A stretch of 64,000 bases of DNA from an uncultured Bacteroidales bacterium (GTDB lineage: Bacteria > Bacteroidota > Bacteroidia > Bacteroidales > CAIXTV01): the NCBI GenBank assembly GCA_964543995.1, contig CAZJBB010000001.1, positions 2,059 to 66,058 of the forward strand. The letters run 5' to 3'. The notes under the pieces were generated by a model. That model had not been told where the DNA came from. It worked only from the letters and a program-made list of their open reading frames with translations, and did no database searches. Below are positions 1-10,164 of the stretch, one piece after another; the first letter of the stretch is position 1, and every line of letters begins with the position of its first letter. Made by a program: the position numbers and the translations under genes.

Positions 1-1124
1 ATTGTGTTTTGAAAGAAATGGATAGCGTTTTCAAATTCATCGATAAAAACCGAAAAGTGAGTCAAATTCACTGGGGTGGGGGTACACCCAATTCCATTTC
101 ATTCGATTACTTGAATGAAGTAATCCAAAAAATTAAATCCAATTTTAGCTTAAGTTCCAATTGCGAAGTAGCCATTGAATGCAATCCTGCTTATTTGGAG
201 ATGGAAGATATAGATGCTCTGGCAAAGATGGGGTTCAACCGAATTAGCTTGGGCATTCAGGATTTTTGTATCGATGTATTGGAAGCCATTCATCGTCAAC
301 CCTCAAAATATCCTATCGAAGAAGTGGTAGCTCGTATTCGTAAAAACAATTTCAGAGGCTTTAATATCGATTTGGTATATGGTTTACCCACCCAAACCAT
401 TGATGGATTTAAAAGTAACATTGAAAAAGCCATCAGCTTGTCGCCCGATAGAATTGTTACCTTTTCGTATGCACACGTTCCTTGGTTTAACGATTTACAA
501 AAAAACTTGGAGAAATATCGTATGCCAACCCCTGAAGAAAAAATCAATATGCTCATTTTGGCAATCAATGAAATCAGCGCTGCCGGTTACGAATCCATTG
601 GCATGGATCACTTTGCAAAACCCGACGATGAACTTTCGATTGCAAAGAGCCAGAAAAATTTGCATCGTAATTTCCAAGGATATTGCACTAGGGAGACCAC
701 GGGTCAGGTATATGCTTTTGGCGCTTCATCCATTTCTCAACTTTGGAGTACCTATATCCAAAATGTAAAGAATCTGCATGAATACATTAAAAGAGTTGAA
801 AAAGAAGGACTTGCTGTTGAAAAAGGTCTCATGGTGGCCGATAATGAAATTGTGATTAGAGAAGTTATCAATGAAATTATGTGCAATGGATTTCTCGATT
901 TCAAAGAAATTGCCAATCGTTTTGATGTTTCAACAGATAAGATAAAGGAAATCACAGCTTTTGATGCCCAAAAACTGGAAGTGTTTATTGCCGACGGTCT
1001 GGTGGAATTTAATGAGGAGGTCTTAAGAGTAAGCTCCGATGGAATGTTGGTAGTACGAAATGTGGCCATGGTGTTCGATCCCATGCTCAGTATTCAGGAT
1101 TCTCAATTTTCAAAAACCGTATGA
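1..1124 (+). CDS. hemN: oxygen-independent coproporphyrinogen III oxidase (radical SAM HemN), 5' end cut by window edge
   Basis: Frame is open back to base 3 with no stop. HWGGGTP, NRISLGIQD and RNFQGY motifs are present. The CxxxCxxC cluster region is missing, so about 90 codons lie upstream of the window. Confidence 0.9.
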   Translation, partial: CVLKEMDSVFKFIDKNRKVSQIHWGGGTPNSISFDYLNEVIQKIKSNFSLSSNCEVAIECNPAYLEMEDIDALAKMGFNRISLGIQDFCIDVLEAIHRQPSKYPIEEVVARIRKNNFRGFNIDLVYGLPTQTIDGFKSNIEKAISLSPDRIVTFSYAHVPWFNDLQKNLEKYRMPTPEEKINMLILAINEISAAGYESIGMDHFAKPDDELSIAKSQKNLHRNFQGYCTRETTGQVYAFGASSISQLWSTYIQNVKNLHEYIKRVEKEGLAVEKGLMVADNEIVIREVINEIMCNGFLDFKEIANRFDVSTDKIKEITAFDAQKLEVFIADGLVEFNEEVLRVSSDGMLVVRNVAMVFDPMLSIQDSQFSKTV

Positions 1125-2050
1125 AAGGGGTTCTGCTCATCAACATGGGTTCTCCTTCCTCACAACAGGAAATGAAGTACTTTTTGCAAAATATGTTTAA
1201 GGATCCCGCCATTATTCCTGCTCCCAGGATGATACGCAACCTACTGAGTTGTTTAATTAGCAATACCCGCTATAAAAATTCTTGGGCAAAATATGAGCTT
1301 ATTGGTGGTTCTCCTCTCAAAGCGTCCATGGATTATATTTGCGCCTCATTGGCTCAGGAATTAGGAAATGCTTATGATGTTTTTGCAGCATCCTCCTATA
1401 CTTTGCCCAACATTAAAAATGGCCTTGAATATTTTGAGCAGAAAGGCATTCAAGACATCCTTGTTTTAAACATGTATCCTCAATCTGCTTTTTCAACCAC
1501 AGGAAGTGTGAATTCCGAAATCCAATGGTTAAAACCTAAGTTTCCAAAACTCAACATCCGTGTTATCAAGCCGTTTTATCACCATCAAGGCTTTATCAAA
1601 TGGTGGGGGATACTGATTGAAGAAAGTTTGCAAAAGCATGCTTTTAAAAATCCGTTACTGGTTTTTAGTGCCCATGCCATTCCGCAACAAAATGTAAGTA
1701 AAGGCGATACGTACGTAGACCAAATTCAAGCTTCTGCAGCGAGTATTGCCAATGCGTTAGGTTTGGAGTATAAACTTTCCTTTCAGTCAAAAATAGGCAA
1801 AGTAAAATGGGTGGGACCCGACACTAAGGAATTATTAAAAGAACTTTCTCCTTTGAATAGAAACATGCTGCTCATTCCCATCAGCTTTATCAATGAAAAC
1901 TTAGAGACCTTGTATGATTTGGATAAAGACATTATTCCTTATGCAAAAAAGGAATTGCATATTCAACATATTGAAAGGGCACATCTGGGCCTTGCCAAAA
2001 CCGAGTTGATTAACGTTTTTAAAGACCTAATTCTTTCCGAACATGAGTAA
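1121..2050 (+). CDS. hemH: ferrochelatase
   Basis: 309 aa. The N-terminus GVLLINMGSPSS...FLQNMFKDPAII is typical of ferrochelatase. ATGA overlap with hemN. Confidence 0.9.
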   Translation: MKGVLLINMGSPSSQQEMKYFLQNMFKDPAIIPAPRMIRNLLSCLISNTRYKNSWAKYELIGGSPLKASMDYICASLAQELGNAYDVFAASSYTLPNIKNGLEYFEQKGIQDILVLNMYPQSAFSTTGSVNSEIQWLKPKFPKLNIRVIKPFYHHQGFIKWWGILIEESLQKHAFKNPLLVFSAHAIPQQNVSKGDTYVDQIQASAASIANALGLEYKLSFQSKIGKVKWVGPDTKELLKELSPLNRNMLLIPISFINENLETLYDLDKDIIPYAKKELHIQHIERAHLGLAKTELINVFKDLILSEHE

Positions 2051-3425
2051 TAAAATAGAAATGAAAACCGATACCGTGCTTATTGGCGCCGGACTTACCG
2101 GACTTACTTCTGCCTACCATCTGCATAAACGCAATAAGAAATTCATTGTTTTAGAGAAAGAAAACCAAGTTGGGGGCGTTATTAAAACGACGATTGAAAA
2201 TGGGTTTTTATTTGAAGAAGGTCCCAATACCGGGGTCATAGGGAATACCGCAGTGGTAGAACTATTTGAGGACCTGGCAACAAGTTGCCAATTGGAAATA
2301 CCCGGAAAAACAGTAAACAAAAGGTTTATCCTTAAAAATGGTCGGTGGGAACATTTGCCCATGGGTTTCATGGATGCGGTAAAAACTCCTTTGTTTTCAT
2401 TAAAAGACAAATTTAGGGTGTTGGGTGAACCCTTCAGAAATAGAGGGAAGGACCCACATGAAACCTTATCCTCTTTTGTGAAAAGACGTCTTGGAAATAG
2501 TTTTCTTGAATATGCCATCGACCCGTTTATTAAAGGAGTTTATGCCGGAGATCCTCATTATCTGATTCCTAAATATGCTTTGCCGAAACTCTATAATTTA
2601 GAGCAAAACTATGGCAGTTTAATTGGAGGTTCCATCAAAAAAAGCTTCGTGAAAAAGTCTGAATTGGAGAAAAAGGTGAGTCGTAAGGTCTTTTCTTTCG
2701 AAGGAGGAATGGGATCCCTAATCCAAGCATTGTATCAGACTTCGGGTAAAGAAAACTTTGTGTTGGGAGCCCAACATATAAAAGTAACTCCATTCGAAAA
2801 TCAATTTATAGTGAGTTATATTGACTCTAAGGGTGAAGAAGTTGAAATTTCAACTCCACAGGTCATTACAACGGTTGGAGCCTATGCCTTGGAAAATATG
2901 CTGCCATTTGTAGCAAAAACCGACATGGACGCCATAACTTCCTTATTGTACACCAAAGTCATTGAATTAGCCATAGGGTTTAACCGTTGGGAAGGTATTT
3001 CCTTGGATGGTTTTGGAGGATTGATACCCTCTAAGGAAAAAAGAGATTTGTTGGGGGTACTTTACATGTCTTCTTTGTTTACCGATAGAAACCCCAAAGA
3101 GGGTGCTTTGTTTTCAGTATTTATTGGAGGCGTGAGTCGGCAGGATTTAATATCAAAATCGGATAGTGAAATTGAAGCCATCGTTGAAAAAGAATGCAAA
3201 TCCTTATTGGGGTTGAACACTTTTCGTCCTGATTTGTTAAAGATCATCCGGCATCAAAAAGCCATTCCTCAATACGGTGTTGAAAGTGGCAAGCGTTTTG
3301 AAACGGTAAAGAATATAGAAAGCCAATATCCGGGGTTGATTATAGGAGGGAATCTGAAAGACGGAATTGGGATGGCCGATCGTATTCAACAAGGGAAAGA
3401 GATGGTATTAAAATTAAATGCATGA
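2043..3425 (+). CDS. hemY: FAD-dependent protoporphyrinogen oxidase (HemY type)
   Basis: 460 aa. N-terminal dinucleotide fold VLIGAGLTGLTSAY...VLEKENQVGGV. 8-nt overlap with hemH within a heme gene cluster. Confidence 0.85.
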   Translation: MSNKIEMKTDTVLIGAGLTGLTSAYHLHKRNKKFIVLEKENQVGGVIKTTIENGFLFEEGPNTGVIGNTAVVELFEDLATSCQLEIPGKTVNKRFILKNGRWEHLPMGFMDAVKTPLFSLKDKFRVLGEPFRNRGKDPHETLSSFVKRRLGNSFLEYAIDPFIKGVYAGDPHYLIPKYALPKLYNLEQNYGSLIGGSIKKSFVKKSELEKKVSRKVFSFEGGMGSLIQALYQTSGKENFVLGAQHIKVTPFENQFIVSYIDSKGEEVEISTPQVITTVGAYALENMLPFVAKTDMDAITSLLYTKVIELAIGFNRWEGISLDGFGGLIPSKEKRDLLGVLYMSSLFTDRNPKEGALFSVFIGGVSRQDLISKSDSEIEAIVEKECKSLLGLNTFRPDLLKIIRHQKAIPQYGVESGKRFETVKNIESQYPGLIIGGNLKDGIGMADRIQQGKEMVLKLNA

Positions 3426-3844
3426 CCCCAAGAAAAAAAACACTGATTATTACTGCCGGAGTCATCTGGATGTGTGTAGGCTGCGGACTTATCATTTTTG
3501 CCTCTCGATGGGTAATTGAGTTCGAAAAAGATTATAACTGGGTTTTTGCAAGTTTAGGTGTCCTATTAGGCATAGTGGTGTATTACTTTGGATTTACGAA
3601 AATTGTGGATAAAAACCTCAGCCGCATTTCTAAATTACACGATCACCCAAACGTCTTTACTTTTATGCCCATCAAAAGTTATTTTCTAATCATATTAATG
3701 ATTTCTATGGGGCATGTTATCCGGAATTCTTCTTTGCCAAGGCATTATTTGGCCGTGGTTTATATTTGCATGGGCTTGGCTTTGCTGATTTCGAGTTTCA
3801 GGTATTTCAAGGCAGTGAGGAAAAGCAGGGTTGTGGAATCCTAG
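3422..3844 (+). CDS. small integral membrane protein (about 4 TM), function unknown
   Basis: 140 aa with four hydrophobic segments. ATGA overlap with the hemY stop. No family recognised. Confidence 0.6.
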   Translation: MTPRKKTLIITAGVIWMCVGCGLIIFASRWVIEFEKDYNWVFASLGVLLGIVVYYFGFTKIVDKNLSRISKLHDHPNVFTFMPIKSYFLIILMISMGHVIRNSSLPRHYLAVVYICMGLALLISSFRYFKAVRKSRVVES

Positions 3845-3864
3845 TTTTTCGAGACGAATATCCT

Positions 3865-4674
3865 TTAATTCTTAAATTCAAATTCATCCCAGTCCCAACC
3901 CAAATCGATATCCTTTCGGGTGGTTTTTAAAACTTCATGCTGTAAAGTAACGCATTGTAGGATATTTTGATTTTCGGGTGCAGCAAAAACGGTTTTGCCT
4001 TTGGGATCCAATACCATAGAATCACCGGTATGGGGAATCCCATTGCCGTCCTTGCCAACCCGGTTTACACCAATCACGTAAGCTTGGTTTTCCATGGCTC
4101 TGGCTACCAATAAACTTTTCCAGACATAGCTTCTAAAAGTAGGCCAATTGGCTACATAAATAAGGCAATCGTACTCAAATTCGCCCTCATGATATTGGTT
4201 TTTACTCCAAACCGGGAATCGCAGGTCGTAACAAATCAATGGTTTGATTTTCCACCCTTGTATCTCGAAAGTGATGCTTTGGTTTCCTTTGGTGAAATAT
4301 TCGGTTTCATTTGCCAAGAGGAACAAATGTTTTTTGTCATATTGAAAGATCCTGCCATCCGGAAAAACCGCTAAAAAACGGTTATAAAAACGAGCATTTT
4401 CTTCAATACAAATGCTACCGGCAACCACAGTTTGGTGCTTTTTTGCCAGTTGTTGCATCCAAAGGGTGGTGCTACCCCCCGGTTTTTCGGCGATGATGGA
4501 AGGATTCATCACAAAAGCCGTGTTGAACATTTCGGGGAGTACTATTAAATCGACAGCATGGTTAAGGGTTTTAATAGCTTTTTCAATATTGGAAAGATTG
4601 ATTTTGGGCTGATTCCACGCCAAATCGGTTTGAAACAAGCATACTTCGAGCGTTGGGGAGATGATGTTTTCCAT
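3865..4674 (-). CDS. carbon-nitrogen hydrolase family amidohydrolase (omega-amidase/YafV-like)
   Basis: 269 aa. Nitrilase-superfamily Glu-Lys-Cys contexts: LPEMFNTAF, YDKKHLF, LICYDLRFP. Confidence 0.85.
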   Translation of the reverse strand: MENIISPTLEVCLFQTDLAWNQPKINLSNIEKAIKTLNHAVDLIVLPEMFNTAFVMNPSIIAEKPGGSTTLWMQQLAKKHQTVVAGSICIEENARFYNRFLAVFPDGRIFQYDKKHLFLLANETEYFTKGNQSITFEIQGWKIKPLICYDLRFPVWSKNQYHEGEFEYDCLIYVANWPTFRSYVWKSLLVARAMENQAYVIGVNRVGKDGNGIPHTGDSMVLDPKGKTVFAAPENQNILQCVTLQHEVLKTTRKDIDLGWDWDEFEFKN

Positions 4675-4988
4675 AATACAAGCGAAATTACGAAATTATA
4701 ATTTTCTGAGCAACAGTATAGGCTTAAATGATTGAAGAACAAAAATGTCATATTACGATGATTAAAGGATTTTAATAAAGATTACAAAGAGTTTCAACTT
4801 TCTATAGATAAATATACACATTTGGTTAACTTGCCTACACATATGTCATCAATTTAGATATATATTATTGAAATAATTTCATAATTTTGCAAAATCAAAA
4901 TCATGAAAATCAAAAACGAGTATATTCGTTACATACATTGTTTTAAAATCGATCTACCGTTTTAATTAAACCTTTAAATATCAAATAA

Positions 4989-6497
4989 ATGAAGAAAACT
5001 TTTCTATTATTGAGTGCTGCTTGCACCCTGTTTCTTTCGTCACAAGCTCAAAAAGTATATGAAACCAAATTGACAACCGGTTCTCATATTGGCTTTGGGT
5101 TAAATAAAGAATTTGCCGTATATGCCGGAAGTAAGAACCTTAATGTAGTTCAGTTATCCGATGGGAAAATGATTTTGGATAAAGCATACAAAGATTTAGG
5201 CTCCACAGTGGTAAAAGGATCCGATGCCTATTCAAATGAATCACTCAGCAAAATAGTGATTTGCAATGCGAATACCGTGAGCTGTTTGGATATTAAAACC
5301 GGGAAATTATTATGGGAAAACAAATCTTTTGGGGCTTTAGATAACGAAGACAAAGCATTGATCATTAACGATGATTATGTGTTGGTTTCGGATAACAAAG
5401 GAAAAGAAAATAACACCTTAACTTGTTTGAGTTTATCGGAAGGTAAAATTCTTTGGACCTTAGACCAAGAAAAGGAAAGAATTAAAATAGAAAACCTCTA
5501 TCTGATATCCTCAGGAAAATATTTTGGTGTATATAATAAAAGGAAAAAAGAAAAAACAAACCTATTTCGTATTTTGAGTGTTGAAACCGGTAAGGTTTTG
5601 CTTACCAACGAAATGGAAGGTACCCCAATTTATAATTTAATGGATATTGAAACCGCAAACGTATTTATTCACCATAGAGTTTCAGAAGAAGTTTCTTATA
5701 TCAGTGCCTTCAATTTTAAAGAAGGTAAGTTCTTATGGAAAGTAAAATCGGCCAATAAATCGCCTCAAACGCCCATGTATATGAACACCAATAAAATAAA
5801 CTACTATGCTACCATTCAAACCTTCGAAAACAAGGTAATGCTGAAAACGGAAGGGATTGAAGTTTTTGAAATAGGTAGCGGTAAATTGCTTTACAATATT
5901 CCTTTTGTTCCTTATTATAGCTGGGGTGTTGGACACTATACCAATGGCATTTTTGAACCCATAGTTACTTCAAATGGAATTTTAATTGCGGATCGCACCC
6001 AAGGAGACTTATGCATAAAAATGATGGATAAAAATTCAGGAAAACAAATTTGGAGCACTGAAAAATTGAAAAAGAAGAATTGCGCCCCAGTTGCCGTCAT
6101 TACAGGTAAATCAGTAGCCATTCAGTTTGGTGGTTTGAATTATTTTGAAGTGATGAATAACACCGGTATAGGGAAATTGCTTGACCCATTTTGTGTAACC
6201 TCATTTGATTTAGAAACCGGCAAAGTTCTCTGGAATGTTGAAAGTAAGAAAGACTTTTATTACATAGCTAAAGCCAATAATAATGTAATGATTGTGGGCA
6301 CAAAAGAGTTTCAGACTGTGGATGCACAAACCGGAGCCATTGTAAAGGCAGATAAAAATGGTTTTGGAGAAGACTATTTCATGACCACTTTTGGTTTATC
6401 ATCTACTCATAAATTTCAAAAAAATGCCAGTTTCGATTTTTCAACCAAAACAGTTTTGTTGTTTGAAGATAACCGTTTGACTAAAACAGCGTTTTAG
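4989..6497 (+). CDS. secreted PQQ-like beta-propeller repeat protein
   Basis: Signal peptide MKKTFLLLSAACTLFLSSQAQ. Seven or more recurrences of the G-K-x-L-W blade motif (GKLLWENK, GKILWTLD, GKFLWKVK, GKQIWSTE, GKVLWNVE and others). Confidence 0.7.
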   Translation: MKKTFLLLSAACTLFLSSQAQKVYETKLTTGSHIGFGLNKEFAVYAGSKNLNVVQLSDGKMILDKAYKDLGSTVVKGSDAYSNESLSKIVICNANTVSCLDIKTGKLLWENKSFGALDNEDKALIINDDYVLVSDNKGKENNTLTCLSLSEGKILWTLDQEKERIKIENLYLISSGKYFGVYNKRKKEKTNLFRILSVETGKVLLTNEMEGTPIYNLMDIETANVFIHHRVSEEVSYISAFNFKEGKFLWKVKSANKSPQTPMYMNTNKINYYATIQTFENKVMLKTEGIEVFEIGSGKLLYNIPFVPYYSWGVGHYTNGIFEPIVTSNGILIADRTQGDLCIKMMDKNSGKQIWSTEKLKKKNCAPVAVITGKSVAIQFGGLNYFEVMNNTGIGKLLDPFCVTSFDLETGKVLWNVESKKDFYYIAKANNNVMIVGTKEFQTVDAQTGAIVKADKNGFGEDYFMTTFGLSSTHKFQKNASFDFSTKTVLLFEDNRLTKTAF

Positions 6498-6522
6498 CTT
6501 AAAAATCAATAAAGTATTAAAG

Positions 6523-6552
6523 AAAAGGTTGCTGAAAAGGCAACCTTTTTCG
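6523..6552 (+). terminator. rho-independent terminator after the propeller gene
   Basis: Perfect 10-bp stem AAAAGGTTGC / GCAACCTTTT with a 7-nt loop, running into a T tract 26 nt after the stop codon. Confidence 0.6.
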
Positions 6553-6582
6553 TTATATTGTTGTCTATATGTTTTTGTTCCT

Positions 6583-6614
6583 TTTGTCGAAGTCCTAAAT
6601 TCTGATTATCTTTG
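6583..6614 (+). promoter_or_regulatory. Bacteroidota sigma-A type promoter (-33 TTTG, -7 TATCTTTG) for the C25 peptidase gene
   Basis: TTTG at 6583-6586, a 20-nt spacer, then TATCTTTG at 6607-6614. This matches TTTG-N19-21-TAnnTTTG. The ATG lies 21 nt downstream. Confidence 0.45.
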
Positions 6615-6634
6615 TTATACCTAAATCCACCATC

Positions 6635-9600
6635 ATGAAAAAGCATGTTATTTTTTCCTTCCTTTTTATATTCATTTTTGTTATTTCCGTGGTTTCTCAT
6701 GCCGGAAATATTCATTTTAACAACTCCACAAAGCAAGAGTTGCTAATATTAGAGAATAGTTTTCAGAAACTGACGGTAAAAAACTCCATATCCGATTTGA
6801 ATTTTAACACCCTAAATACGTCAAAAGGAAACTATATTCAATTGTCAGCGCAAGGGTACGCCGTTTCCGAAAAAATTGGCATGCCCATGTTGCCGGTGAA
6901 AAAATCATTAATTGAGTTTCCTGTGGGTGCCAATATCAGTTATAAAATTAAATCTTACACTACCGAAGAGATAAAGCTGGTTGATTATGGAATTATCCAT
7001 CAATTGTTCCCTGCTCAGGCACCGGTGGCTAAAAGTAATACTCAAGTTCAGGAATTGGTAAAAAACTTAGCTGCTTATGCAACCAATGCATATTTAGAAT
7101 CGGAGTTGGTGAAAATTGAAAAAATTGGGATTATGAGAGGCTTAAATCTGGCACGTTTGAATATTTGTCCCTTTCGCTACAATCCGGTTAAAAATTCTTT
7201 GATGATTTACCATGATTTAATCATAGAAATTAATTTCATGAATGGCAATGAAGCGGCTACTATTGCCCTGAAAAAGAAAAATGATTCCCCTTACTTTGAT
7301 GCCACACAATCCTTGGTGTTAAATTTCAAGCCATTACAAAACAAGGATTTGATTACTAAAGGTCCGGTAAAATATGTTATTGTTTCTGATCCCATATTCC
7401 AAGCAACACTTCAACCCTTTGTTCAATGGAAAACCAAAAAAGGATTTAAAGTAATAGAAGCGTACACCAACAATCCTTTGGTTGGAACCACCACAGCTTC
7501 CATAAAATCATACTTACAGGGATTGTATAATGCAGGAACCTCAGCAGACCCTGCACCTTCTTTTGTATTGTTTGTGGGTGATATTGCACAAATTCCTGCT
7601 TTTGCCGGTACCACCGGTACCCATCCTACCGATTTACCCTATTGTGAATATACAGGCGATTTTTTACCGGAAGTCTATTATGGCCGGTTTTCAGCTACTA
7701 CGGTGGCAGAACTTCAACCTCAGATAGACAAAACCTTGGAATATGAAAAATACCTCATGCCGGATGCAAGCTTCTTGAATGAGGTGGTTATGATTGCCGG
7801 AGTGGATGCAGGTAATGCACCCACCTATGGGAATGGGCAAATAAACTATGGAACTCAGTATTATTTTAATGCTTCAAACGGTCTCACTTCTCATACATAT
7901 TTATATCCGGCTTCTGAAACGGCAGCTGCTAGCATCATTCAAGATGTAAATAAAGGTTGTGGATATGCAAATTATACTGCGCACGGTTCCCCGGCGGGAT
8001 GGGCAAACCCAGGTTTTTCAGTAACGGATGTGGCAACGCTTACCAATAGCCACAAATATCCGTTAATGGTAGGTAATTGCTGCTTAACTAACAAGTTTGA
8101 TGAAGCGGAGTGCTTTGGAGAATCCGTTCTTAGAGCTTCAAACAAGGGGGCCATTGGATACATAGGTGCCTCTAACAGTTCCTACTGGAACGAAGATTAT
8201 TATTGGGGAGTGGGATCAAAAGCCATTAGTGCCAACCCAACATATAGTGCCACAAACTTAGGTTCTTACGATAGAACTTTTCATACCCATGGAGAAAATT
8301 ATGCGAATTGGTTTGTAACCCAAGGACAAATGGTACATGCCGGTAATTTGGCTGTAACTCAAAGTTCTTCAACCAGTGCAAGTTATTACTGGGAAATTTA
8401 CCATTTAATGGGCGATCCATCCTTAATGGTATATTTTGGTGTTCCTCCGGTATTGCTATGTACCTATGCTCCTTTTATTCCTTTGGCAGCAAATACTTTT
8501 AGTATTACCACTGAGCCTTATGCTTATGCTGCCGTTTCTATGAATGGAGTTTTGCATGGAGCCGGTTTTGCCGATTCCTTGGGCGTATGCAACTTAAACA
8601 TTGATCCATTTACTGTTCCCGGAGCTGCCGATGTGGTTGTAACCAAACAAAACAGACAACCTCACATGGGCACTGTAAATATTCAAACACCCACCGGCCC
8701 ATATGTTATGTATAAATCTCATTTTCAAAATGATCCCACAGGGAACAACAATCATCAATCGGATTATAATGAACTGGTATCATTGAATGTTACCTTGAAA
8801 AATTATGGAATTAATGACAATAATGTATCTGCAATTTTGTCTACAGCCGATACCAATGTTACCATTATCGACAGCACACAAGCCTATGGGAGTATTCTCC
8901 AAAATGACACCATGTTGATAACCAATGCTTTTTCCTATAAGGTAAAGAACTACATTCAAGACCAACATGTAGTGAATTTCACACTAAAAGTAAGCGATGC
9001 CTCCTCTAATTTGTGGATTTCTAACTTTTCTATTCCCTTGAATGCGCCGCTTTTAGTTGCAGGAAATATGATCATTAACGACAATGGAAATCATAATGGC
9101 AGACTTGACCCTGGAGAAACAGCAACCATTACCATTGCCAATTTCAATAATGGACATACCCCGGCTCTGAATACGGTTGGCAGTTTATCAACAACAAGTT
9201 CATTACTTACTATTAACAACAGCACTTCTGCTATTGGTAATCTCTCAACAGGGGGCAGTGGAACGGCAAGTTTTTCGGTTACTGCAAGCAGTGCAGCTAC
9301 TTTAGGAACTTATATCCCATTAAATTATACCGTTTCAGCCACACCCTATCAAAACACCAAAGCCTTTGCTACCCTAATTGGATTGGTTTCAGAAGATTGG
9401 GAAAGTGGAAATTTTGCAAAGTTTAGCTGGGTTCAAGCAAGCTCAAAACCTTGGGTTATTTCAAATGTACTCCCTTATGAAGGATTATATTGTGCCCGCA
9501 CAGATACTTTACTCGACAATGAATCCTCATCGATTCAAATTTCAATGAACGTCTTATCAGACGATAGCATTTCGTTTTATAAGAAAGTTTCTTCTGAAGC

Positions 9601-10093
9601 CACTTATGATTTTCTACAGTTTTTTATCGATGATGTAAATATAGATGAATGGTCTGGCACTCTTGCTTGGAGCCGGTCAGCATATCCGGTAAGTGCAGGA
9701 ACTCATACCTTCCGTTGGACATACGTAAAAGATTATTCCACAGCAGCAGGAGAAGATAAAGCGTGGATAGATTATATTTTATTTCCTCCAGCTACCCCTG
9801 TAAACGGAGTAAACACCTTAACCAGCCAAAGCGAAAATCAGTTTGTTGTGTATCCAAATCCAACAAGCAATGTGATTCAGATTTCAATAGATTTAATACA
9901 AGCGGCTAATACAGAAGTTTCCATTTACAATGCCTTGGGTCAAAAAGTTTTAGATGTGGTTCCAAGCAAAGAAATGGGAATTGGAAATCATATTTTCAGT
10001 GCCTCATCTCAAAACTTGTCGTCAGGTTTGTATTTTGTAAAATGCATAGCGGGAAGAGAGCAAAAGACTATAAAACTGATTGTCAATAAATAG
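6635..10093 (+). CDS. gingipain-like cysteine peptidase (family C25) with T9SS type A C-terminal sorting domain
   Basis: 1152 aa with a signal peptide. Catalytic His context NYTAHGSPAGW and Cys context MVGNCCLTNKFD. C-terminus VVYPNPTSNVIQISID...GLYFVKCIAGREQKTIKLIVNK is a Por/T9SS type A tail. Confidence 0.85.
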   Translation: MKKHVIFSFLFIFIFVISVVSHAGNIHFNNSTKQELLILENSFQKLTVKNSISDLNFNTLNTSKGNYIQLSAQGYAVSEKIGMPMLPVKKSLIEFPVGANISYKIKSYTTEEIKLVDYGIIHQLFPAQAPVAKSNTQVQELVKNLAAYATNAYLESELVKIEKIGIMRGLNLARLNICPFRYNPVKNSLMIYHDLIIEINFMNGNEAATIALKKKNDSPYFDATQSLVLNFKPLQNKDLITKGPVKYVIVSDPIFQATLQPFVQWKTKKGFKVIEAYTNNPLVGTTTASIKSYLQGLYNAGTSADPAPSFVLFVGDIAQIPAFAGTTGTHPTDLPYCEYTGDFLPEVYYGRFSATTVAELQPQIDKTLEYEKYLMPDASFLNEVVMIAGVDAGNAPTYGNGQINYGTQYYFNASNGLTSHTYLYPASETAAASIIQDVNKGCGYANYTAHGSPAGWANPGFSVTDVATLTNSHKYPLMVGNCCLTNKFDEAECFGESVLRASNKGAIGYIGASNSSYWNEDYYWGVGSKAISANPTYSATNLGSYDRTFHTHGENYANWFVTQGQMVHAGNLAVTQSSSTSASYYWEIYHLMGDPSLMVYFGVPPVLLCTYAPFIPLAANTFSITTEPYAYAAVSMNGVLHGAGFADSLGVCNLNIDPFTVPGAADVVVTKQNRQPHMGTVNIQTPTGPYVMYKSHFQNDPTGNNNHQSDYNELVSLNVTLKNYGINDNNVSAILSTADTNVTIIDSTQAYGSILQNDTMLITNAFSYKVKNYIQDQHVVNFTLKVSDASSNLWISNFSIPLNAPLLVAGNMIINDNGNHNGRLDPGETATITIANFNNGHTPALNTVGSLSTTSSLLTINNSTSAIGNLSTGGSGTASFSVTASSAATLGTYIPLNYTVSATPYQNTKAFATLIGLVSEDWESGNFAKFSWVQASSKPWVISNVLPYEGLYCARTDTLLDNESSSIQISMNVLSDDSISFYKKVSSEATYDFLQFFIDDVNIDEWSGTLAWSRSAYPVSAGTHTFRWTYVKDYSTAAGEDKAWIDYILFPPATPVNGVNTLTSQSENQFVVYPNPTSNVIQISIDLIQAANTEVSIYNALGQKVLDVVPSKEMGIGNHIFSASSQNLSSGLYFVKCIAGREQKTIKLIVNK

Positions 10094-10111
10094 CAAGAAG
10101 CTGATGCCAAC

Positions 10112-10150
10112 AAAAAACCCTTCCCGTTATTTCGAGAAGGGTTTTTATTT
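10112..10150. terminator. bidirectional rho-independent terminator between convergent genes
   Basis: 11-bp stem AAAAACCCTTC / GAAGGGTTTTT with an A tract on one side and a T tract on the other. It lies between the stops at 10093 (+) and 10165 (-). Confidence 0.7.
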
Positions 10151-10164
10151 TACAGTGAATACCT

